Origin: Octopus sinensis
Taxonomy: Eukaryota
Direction of reading: 5' to 3'
Assembly: GCF_006345805.1 (NCBI RefSeq)
Contig: NW_021828651.1
Coordinates: 1 to 8,025 of the forward strand
Length of the DNA: 8,025 nucleotides
The first letter of the stretch is position 1. Every line of letters begins with the position of its first letter. The notes under the pieces are model-generated. The model worked only from the letters and a program-made list of their open reading frames with translations, had not been told where the DNA came from and did not search any database. Position numbers and translations under genes: made by a program. This document shows, piece by piece, positions 1-6,490 of this stretch.

Positions 1-200
1 GTGTCTGTGTTTGTCCCCCTAGCATTGCTTGACAACCGATGCTGGTGTGTTTACGTCCCGTCACTTAGCAGTTTGGCAAAAGAGACCGATAGAATAAGTA
101 CTGGGCTTACAAAGAATAAGTCCCGGGGTCGATTTGCTCGACTAAAGGCGGTGCTCCAGCATGGCCACAGTCAAATGACTGAAACAAGTAAAAGAGTAAA
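1..200 (+). mobile_element. SINE family A, 3' half (5' part lies outside the window)
   Basis: 27-57 is an exact 31-nt reverse complement of 4737-4767. Homologous to 555-760 and 7945-8025. Ends in a short GTAAAAGAGTAAAA tail. Confidence 0.85.
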
Positions 201-208
201 AAAAATAG

Positions 209-230
209 TATATATATATATATATATATA
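209..230. repeat. (TA)11 microsatellite
   Basis: Direct reading. Confidence 0.95.
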
Positions 231-288
231 CTTTCAAAATCTTTAGTTCTTATATATAACAAAACAGATACACAGACGTTTTTGTTTT

Positions 289-362
289 TATATATATTTT
301 TTACATGCATGTGCATATGTGTGTGTGTATATGTGTGTGTATATATTTTTATGTGTGTGTGT
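289..362. repeat. Degenerate TA/TG low-complexity tract
   Basis: Mixed TATA/TGTG/CATG runs. Confidence 0.85.
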
Positions 363-364
363 GG

Positions 365-760
365 GGGGGAGGCTGTGTGACAAGAAGTTTGCTTCCCAAA
401 CACATGGTTCTGGGTTCAGTCCCACAGCATGGCACCTTGGTAAAGTGCCTTCTATGATAAGCCGAGTCTGACCAAAGCCTTATGAGTAGATTTGATTCAT
501 GGAAACTGAACGAATCCCATCACATACATATGTGTGGGTGTGTGTGTGTTTGAGTTTGTGTCTGTCCCCTACCACTGATTGACAACTGGTGTTGGTTTAT
601 TTACTGTAACTTAACAGTTTGGCAAAAGTGACTGATGGAATAAGTATTTAACTTAAAAGCAAAAATCAGTAAAGGGGTCAATTTTTTCAGCTAACATTCT
701 TCAAAACTGTGCCCCAGCAGGGCCACAGTCTAATTACTGAAACAAGCAAAAGATAAAAAG
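365..760 (+). mobile_element. SINE family A, near full length, old and diverged
   Basis: tRNA-like head (GGCTGTGTGAC A-box-like, GGTTCAGTCCC B-box-like at 413-423), central TG tract at about 530-560, and a 3' half homologous to 1-200 with many CG>TG/CA changes. The head is the reverse complement of 3288-3436 and 5113-5278. Confidence 0.8.
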
Positions 761-785
761 TAACTTTCTAGGGTAACTTTCTAGG
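760..785. repeat. Perfect 13-bp tandem duplication GTAACTTTCTAGG x2
   Basis: 760-772 equals 773-785, directly after the SINE A tail. Confidence 0.9.
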
Positions 786-861
786 TACAATCCCATAGTC
801 ATTCATGATCGAAGGGAGTCACAAAAAAAAAACATGTTGGACATTATTCATTGAGGGAGAT

Positions 862-985
862 AATCTACAGCTGGATGCCTTCCCTGTTGCAAAATTTCAT
901 CAGTTTCGAAGCAAGGTATCATCTTTTTTCCCACAGCCCAGACATGTTTTTACTCTAGGTTGGAAATGAATGACACTCACAGCAT
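862..985 (-). mobile_element. Fragment of a SINE related to family D
   Basis: 865-879 (CTACAGCTGGATGCC) is the exact reverse complement of 1108-1122. The rest resembles a recalled octopus repeat variant; boundaries are approximate. Confidence 0.45.
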
Positions 986-1009
986 TAAAATAGCACTCAT
1001 TTGCATATG

Positions 1010-1245
1010 TTGGAGCATGGTCGTTGCCAGTGCCGCCTGACTGGCCCTCGTGCCAGTGGCATGTAAAAAGCACTCACTACACTCTCAGAGTGATTGGCAT
1101 TAAGAAGGGCATCCAGCTGTAGTAACCTTGCCATATCAGATTGGAGCCTGGTACAGCCTTCTGGTTTGCCACTTCTCAATCAAACTGTCCAACCCATGCT
1201 AGCATGGAAAGCAGACACTAAACGACAACGACGATGATGATGATG
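1010..1245 (+). mobile_element. SINE family D, 3' part with an RTE-LINE-type tail
   Basis: Contains the AAGGGCATCCAGCTGTAG motif and a 14-bp palindrome CCATGCTAGCATGG (1194-1207) near the 3' end. Terminates in (GAT)4 at 1233-1244. Short tandem-repeat tails are typical of RTE-mobilised SINEs. Family assignment is from recall. Confidence 0.7.
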
Positions 1246-1346
1246 GGGGTTGATAACATAAATGCCGGTGCAGCAATGGGGTCAACCTAATTGATTTGGC
1301 TCCTTCCCTCAAAATTGCTGGCCTCGTGCCAAAATTTGAAAGCAAT
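1246..1346 (+). mobile_element. Diverged 3' fragment of a family B-type SINE
   Basis: GGGGTTGATAACATAAATGCCGGT...GGGGTCAACCTAATTGATT aligns loosely with 4964-5015 (GGGTCGATAAATAAAGTACCAGT...GAGGTCGATGTAATCAACT). Confidence 0.5.
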
Positions 1347-1767
1347 ATGCCTAATTAGGTTAGGACCATTTTGGGACTAGCAATTAATTGCCAACCATTT
1401 CATGCTGCTCATTCCACACTGAACCCATTTTGATATAGAACATTCTAGCACTAAGTTGTTTTAGCATTAAGAAAACTTTGGGGTTATTTTACGTAACAAT
1501 TAATTAACTTTTACTAATTGCACAAGAAGCAATTAAGAAGCTAAAATCAAAACAGACATGGTAATGTTCATAATTACCAATTGCAATACTAATTAAAGCT
1601 ACAGCATAAAGCATATCCATTTCCAAAGTCTGCCAGAGTATGTTAAGGAAGAATTAGAGTTATCACTGTAGACAATCTTCCAGTTTTAAAAGACATTTTG
1701 CATTTCGTGTTTGTGTCATATCAAGGGAGATAACTACATATATTATTTCTGTCTGCCTTGCATAATA

Positions 1768-1769
<2 letters not shown>

Positions 1770-1802
<33 letters not shown>
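1770..1802. repeat. (TG)16 microsatellite
   Basis: Direct reading. Confidence 0.95.
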
Positions 1803-1805
<3 letters not shown>

Positions 1806-1970
1806 CATGCTTGCAGGCCAAAGATTTGAAGTTACTGTTGCACCTATTGTAAAAGGTTGAATGAATATGCTCTCTGCTAAAAAGTATTGAGTAATTCTTC
1901 AATCCAATGTTGTTGAATTGCTCCTATAATTAATTTGACATAAAAACAAAGATTAATATCCATTCATCCA

Positions 1971-2272
1971 TATGTATGTATGTATGTATGATATGTGTGC
2001 ATGTATGGATGTATGTATATATGTATGTATGTATGTATGTGTGTATATATGTGTGCATGTATGGATGTATGTCTATGTGTATGGATGTATGTATGTGTGT
2101 GTATGTATGTATGTATGTGAGTATGTATGTATGCATGTGTGTATGTATGTATGAATGTATGTATGTCTGTATGTGTATATATATGTATGTATGTATGCAT
2201 GTATGTGTGCATGTATGCATGTATGGATGTATGTCTGTATGAGTATTTGTGTGTGTGTGTTTGTGTGTGTGT
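1971..2272. repeat. About 300-bp degenerate (TATG)n/(TG)n tract with higher-order block duplications
   Basis: 26-nt block 1991-2016 equals 2047-2072, and 21-nt block 2054-2074 equals 2216-2236. Accounts for five overlapping low-complexity ORFs. Confidence 0.95.
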
Positions 2273-2495
2273 ATCATAGCATGGGCCCCCAGAATTTCCA
2301 GGTTGGTGTCTCAGCATACTGGAAAACCACTGAGCGTGAGGCACCCTTCGGCTTTTGTTAACTCATGTCTCTGGGAGAAGGTCACTCTGATATAAAGCCA
2401 TATATGCAAGGGATGGCATTGGATATTTACAGGATATTCTTCTTGCGCTTGAGACCATAGCACTCCCACATTCCTGACCCTGTGGCCTATACTGA

Positions 2496-2618
2496 CACTA
2501 GATACCTTGTCTCAGCATGTCTGTAGAGAGACCCATATTGGCACTAGATATCTTGTCTCAGCATGTCAGTAGAGAGACCCATATTGGCACTAGATATCTT
2601 GTTGCAGCATATCTCTAG
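2496..2618. repeat. 46-bp minisatellite, about 2.7 copies
   Basis: Unit CACTAGATAYCTTGTCTCAGCATGTCWGTAGAGAGACCCATATTGG at 2496-2541 and 2542-2587 (2 mismatches), with a partial diverged third copy at 2588-2618. No spacers. Confidence 0.9.
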
Positions 2619-2860
2619 GTCATGTCAGTAAGGGTAAGAGGGCCTATGCGGTGTCGTGCAAACCTGCCTGGATCTAAAATTTTGCTAGATTTTGCCTTGT
2701 CAGCGACGGGCACACTTGCCTATGAGTCAACCGTCATCCTCATATATGTATGTATGTGGAAGATCAAGATGACGGAACATTAAGCTTTGCCTGTCAGCTT
2801 TGCTGAACCAAGCTGATGGACAGAAGTAACTGAACTGATAGGTTAATGTGGAAGTCCTAG

Positions 2861-3110
2861 GGGTGTGGTTTAGTGGTTAGGGATGTCGGACTCATGATTA
2901 GGAGATTGTGGTTTCAATTCTTGGGTCGGGCAATGCATTGTGTTCTTGAGTCAAACACTGTATTTCACATTTCTCTGGTCCACTCAGCTGGCAAAAATGA
3001 GCAACCTTGCAACAGACCGGCGTCCCATCCAGGTGGAGAATATTAACCCCCATGGAAACTGGGAAACTGGCCCTTATGAGTCGGGATGACTCGAGAAGGC
3101 AAGTTTACCC
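2861..3110 (+). mobile_element. SINE family C: tRNA-derived head plus CORE-like central domain
   Basis: A-box TGGTTTAGTGG at 2866-2876 and degenerate B-box GGTTTCAATTC at 2910-2920. 2940-3001 resembles the CORE-SINE consensus (GTGACCTTGGGCAAGTCACTT...CATCTGTAAAATGGG) as I recall it. The 3' boundary is approximate. Confidence 0.7.
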
Positions 3111-3166
3111 TTTGTTTTATTAAGTCCTAGTTAACATGATCTTCACAATAAATTTGACTCCAGCAT

Positions 3167-3191
3167 TGACTCTATAATTAGTATAGAGTCA
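3167..3191. repeat. Perfect inverted repeat, 10-bp stem with 5-nt loop
   Basis: TGACTCTATA-ATTAG-TATAGAGTCA. Confidence 0.9.
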
Positions 3192-3258
3192 GGTCATCAG
3201 TAAACATTCCATTGTTAATCTTAAAACTTCTTTAATATCATTAATTCAATATACATAA

Positions 3259-3289
<31 letters not shown>
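3259..3289. repeat. (AC)n(TA)10 compound microsatellite (central tract of the adjacent SINE A)
   Basis: Direct reading. Confidence 0.9.
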
Positions 3290-3436
3290 CGACAAGCTTC
3301 TTCCAGTTTCCGTCAACCAAATCCACTCACAAGGCTTTGGTTGTCCAAAGTTATAGTAGAAGATACTTTCTCAAGGTGCTATGCAATGGGACTGAACCTG
3401 GAACCATTTGACTCAGAAGCAAGCTTCTTCACACAC
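3288..3436 (-). mobile_element. SINE family A, 5' half
   Basis: Colinear with 5113-5265 (CAGTTTCCGTC..CCAAATCCA..CACAA.GCTTTG..TATAGTAGAAGA..TGGGACTGAACC). The 3' half is absent. Confidence 0.85.
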
Positions 3437-3474
3437 ATCATCATCCACACGCACCTATTATATGTATTCGTTAC

Positions 3475-3620
3475 ATTCATATATATATATATATATTTGT
3501 GCATGTATATATACATACACACAGTAATCAATATTTCATTACAGAATTATGGGTTGTTCTATATTAGTGTGCGTGCATGTATGTGTGTGCGCATGTGTGT
3601 TCGTGTGTGTGTTTGGGGGT
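3475..3620. repeat. TA/TG low-complexity tracts
   Basis: Direct reading. Confidence 0.8.
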
Positions 3621-3710
3621 GGTGTAAGGTCTTATATGCCAGCATACAGTGTATATTCTAATACAACCAGTCAACCATTCATCCATGCAATCAGGTCACC
3701 CCCTACAACT

Positions 3711-3769
3711 CACCACCCCACCACCACCACCACCACCACCACCACCATCAACACCACCACCACCACCAC
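3711..3769. repeat. Interrupted (ACC)n microsatellite
   Basis: Direct reading. Source of the poly-Thr and poly-Pro ORFs. Confidence 0.95.
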
Positions 3770-3872
3770 TGCTGCTTATCCACAGAATCTCATTCCTTTT
3801 TCACCCATCTCGCTTGTCCTATCTCGCTCCATACTGTTTACCCAGTTCAGCCGTCTCGGGTTATAAAAGCAT

Positions 3873-3876
<4 letters not shown>

Positions 3877-3907
<31 letters not shown>

Positions 3908-3915
3908 CACACACA
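3877..3915. repeat. (CA)15-A-(CA)4 microsatellite
   Basis: Direct reading. Confidence 0.95.
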
Positions 3916-4120
3916 GATTTGTAAATATATATTCACATGTAGTGAGTGAATCAATGACACACAAGAGCAAACAATACACAACACATAACCTTATCAGTTC
4001 CATTAATCAAAAAACCATCTTGTTATTGCTATCTGTGTAGTGAATTGACACAGGATGCTGGTGTTGTGCTGATCAACCACAGGATGCACCTCATAAGATG
4101 ATGATGCTGAAGAGGATGAC

Positions 4121-4150
4121 TAAATAAATAAATAAATAAAAACAAATAAA
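4121..4150. repeat. (TAAA)5+ repeat
   Basis: Direct reading. Confidence 0.9.
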
Positions 4151-4206
4151 TGCAAAAGTACATATTTGACTCATACAAAGAAGATATAGTTTCAGTATAA
4201 ATGTTA

Positions 4207-4297
4207 TTTGCCTCCTTGGCTGGATTTGAACTCAGATGTCCAGAACAAATGCTGCCCAGGGAGTCTATTTAATGCTCTAATAATTCCGCCCATTCAC
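4207..4297 (-). mobile_element. Highly diverged family B-type SINE head
   Basis: GGATTTGAACTCAGA (4222-4236) matches GAATTTGAACTCAGA at 5421-5435, the B-box on the minus strand. Downstream similarity to 7150-7227 is weak. Confidence 0.45.
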
Positions 4298-4805
4298 ATA
4301 ACCCTATTCACATCCCACCACTGTGTATTTTAACTCTTGAACTCCTGGAAGATGCTGTACCCCATGTGACTGCATCACATGACTTAGCAAAATATTTAGG
4401 GTTTACAAACTAAGTTTCTTTGTCTTTTGTTACTCTATTTCTATTGAAATGTAGTTTTGACAATAATGACAAATTTAGCAAAAGGGGTTTTCTCCCCTGC
4501 TTGCAATATATACCTGGTGCAGATTGCATTGAGAACCAGCTGGCAGAGGCTCTGCTGGGGTTCAATGGTAGTAACATCAAATAGCCATATCAATGTGGTG
4601 ATAAATATTACTTCTCTATAGAGTTACTACTCTCTCTTTTACTCTTTTACTTGTTTCAGTCATGACTATGGACTTATTCTTTGTAAGCCTAGTATTTATT
4701 CTATTGTTCTCTTTTGCTGAACCGCTAAGTTATGGCGACGTAAACACACCAGCATCGGTTGTCAAGCGATGTTGGGGGGTGGGGTGGACAAAAACAGACA
4801 CACAA

Positions 4806-4840
<35 letters not shown>

Positions 4841-4847
4841 CATATAA

Positions 4848-5070
4848 GGCGGCGAGCTGGCAGAGACGTTAGCACGCCGGGCGAAATGCTTAACGGTATT
4901 TTGTCTGCCACTACGTTCTGAGTTCAAATTCCGCTGAGGTCGACTTTGCCTTTCATCCTTTCCGGGTCGATAAATAAAGTACCAGTTTCGCACTGAGGTC
5001 GATGTAATCAACTTAATCCCTTTGTCTGTCCTTGTTTGTCCCCTGTGTTTAGCCCCTTGTGGGTAGTAAG

Positions 5071-5074
<4 letters not shown>
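4848..5074 (+). mobile_element. SINE family B, full length and relatively young
   Basis: Starts GGCGGCGAGCTGGCAGA with B-box GAGTTCAAATTCC at 4920-4932. 4881-4970 is 82/90 identical to the reverse complement of 5382-5471. CpGs are retained. Confidence 0.85.

Positions 5075-5115
<41 letters not shown>
5073..5115. repeat. (AT)21 microsatellite
   Basis: Direct reading. Confidence 0.95.
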
Positions 5116-5117
<2 letters not shown>

Positions 5118-5381
5118 ACGGGCTTCTTTCAGTTTCCGTCCACCAAATCCATTCACAAAGCTTTGATCGGCCTGAAGCTATAGTAGAAGACACTTGCCCA
5201 CGGTGCCATGCAGTGGGACTGAACCCGGAACCTTGAGGTTGGTAAGCAATATACTTACCACACAGCCACTCCTGCGCCTACTTTCATCTTTTATAGAGAT
5301 TTTCTAACAAGCTACTTTGCTTGTTGTAATCAGTTACTGATTGTTACTTTGTTTTCTATATATTTTGAGCTGGAGCAAATT

Positions 5382-5497
5382 TCGACCCCGAAAGGATGAA
5401 AGGCAAAGTCGACCTCGGCGGAATTTGAACTCAGAACGTAACGGCAGACGAAATACGTCTAAGCATTTCGCACGGCGGACTCTACCGTCTCGCCGCC
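5382..5497 (-). mobile_element. SINE family B, 5' portion (3'-truncated, 7-nt deletion in the head)
   Basis: Reverse complement begins GGCGGCGAGACGGTAGAG and aligns to 4848-4970, lacking GTTAGCA. Confidence 0.85.
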
Positions 5498-5524
5498 TTA
5501 CTGACAATATAAGATTATCTTTAT

Positions 5525-5615
5525 GTCCTTTGTTTTTAAGACAGAAAGGTGGTATTTGAGGTATATTTGGGAGTTATTTCTACCAGGAGAACGACATCAT
5601 AAAGGGTCCCCTACT
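5525..5615. repeat. Probable old interspersed-repeat fragment
   Basis: TTTTTAAGAC...GATTTGAGG...TTTGG...TATTTCTA.CAGG pattern resembles a recalled octopus repeat. There is no second copy in the window to confirm it. Confidence 0.3.
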
Positions 5616-6057
5616 GTTTCATCTAGCGAGCAGTGGTTAGTAAAAGATTCTGCTGTGTTGGAAGGATTCTGGTCTATTTCTATCAATTCCGCACCGAAAA
5701 ACGAATTTATTTTCCTACATCGTAAATGGACAAAGAAAAGGGGATAATATGAAATAAAATGACATTTCTAGAAATACAACAAACACCTCCAACTTAACAA
5801 TCACTCAAAATACGGTGAAATTCAGGATCTTCTGATGTTCAAACATAATGAAGTACAAAATATTAATTACGAAGAATTAACTATTTTGAATTATAATTAA
5901 TTACCCTAGCTTGCTTCTCTCTCAGCTATATTTATAATATCGTCTTTTTTTCTTTTGTTTATAAAAATATGCCTCACCTTCAAAGTAAACACCAATATTT
6001 ATCACTATTTTGTAAAACCTTACGAGACGAAACATGAACTACGAAACTAAAGGTGTA

Positions 6058-6070
6058 AATAATAATAATA

Positions 6071-6141
<71 letters not shown>
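6058..6141. repeat. (AAT)n microsatellite with two identical interruptions
   Basis: 6072-6106 and 6107-6141 are identical 35-mers. Confidence 0.95.
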
Positions 6142-6142
<1 letters not shown>

Positions 6143-6298
6143 GATCTGGTGTATATATATTTAAAAAAAAACATGGAATATGAAATTAAGAAACTCGAAA
6201 ACAATTATTTTCTACTTTTCTCTATTTTTTTTCCTCGGATTGTTTATTTGATCCAAGCAAGACGACTAACGTACGTCTGCTAATGACGAGATTATGCA

Positions 6299-6306
6299 TG
6301 TGTGTG

Positions 6307-6361
<55 letters not shown>

Positions 6362-6490
6362 GTGTATATGTGTGTGTGTGTATGTGTGTGCGTATATACT
6401 CACAGTATATATATATATATATATATATATTTTATAAATATACACGAACGTACATACATATTTATATTTATAAGTATGTACGTATGTATA
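6299..6490. repeat. Compound (TG)n/(TA)n low-complexity tract
   Basis: Direct reading. Confidence 0.9.

Larger units (their letters stand above)
4634..5278 (-). mobile_element. Full-length SINE family A split by an inserted family B SINE, with an internal deletion
   Basis: Head at 5278-5113 (reverse complement begins GGCGCAGGAGTGGCTGTGTGGTAAG, B-box-like GGTTCAGTCCC). 3' half at about 4800-4634 is homologous to 1-200 but 45 nt shorter around 4663-4672. The central CA/TA tract is interrupted at 4848-5074. Confidence 0.85.

Noticed and set aside
1-403. ORFs 1-246 (+) and 107-403 (-), and similarly 4662-4847, 4730-5011, 5008-5236, 5341-5559, 3341-3661
   Set aside because: All are read-throughs of SINE A or B and adjacent microsatellites.
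999-1006. Octamer motif ATTTGCAT
   Set aside because: Single 8-mer at a repeat junction, with no associated snRNA-type or histone promoter elements seen.
997-1179. 60-aa minus-strand ORF
   Set aside because: Lies antisense within SINE D; no recognisable RTE reverse-transcriptase or endonuclease motifs.
1930-2361. Five overlapping ORFs (His/Thr/Ile/Tyr- or Met/Tyr/Val/Cys-rich)
   Set aside because: Translations of the (TATG)n tract, open on both strands because the repeat lacks stops.
2496-2618. CRISPR-like array
   Set aside because: Units are directly tandem with no unique spacers, there are no cas genes, and the context is eukaryotic.
2861-2930. tRNA gene (also 365-425, 4848-4935, 5205-5278, 7255-7300)
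   Set aside because: A/B boxes are present but I could not fold a complete cloverleaf, and each head continues into a SINE body.
3549-3924. Mucin-like poly-Thr and formin-like poly-Pro ORFs
   Set aside because: Both derive from the (ACC)n tract and begin or end in dinucleotide repeats; no convincing splice signals.
3776-4003. Minus-strand ORF with a signal-peptide-like N-terminus
   Set aside because: Hydrophobicity comes from TG-rich low complexity, and the ORF runs through (TG)n.
4049-4087. 10-bp direct repeat CACAGGATGC 29 nt apart
   Set aside because: Only two copies, with no TSD-bounded insert or open frame that explains them; compatible with chance.
5523-5747. 74-aa non-repetitive ORF (MSFVFKTERW...)
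   Set aside because: No recognisable domain, and the first half overlaps a probable old repeat. A BLASTP would be needed to exclude it fully.
5980-6204. Poly-Leu/Tyr/Ile transmembrane-looking ORF
   Set aside because: Translation of (ATT)n with frame shifts at the interruptions.
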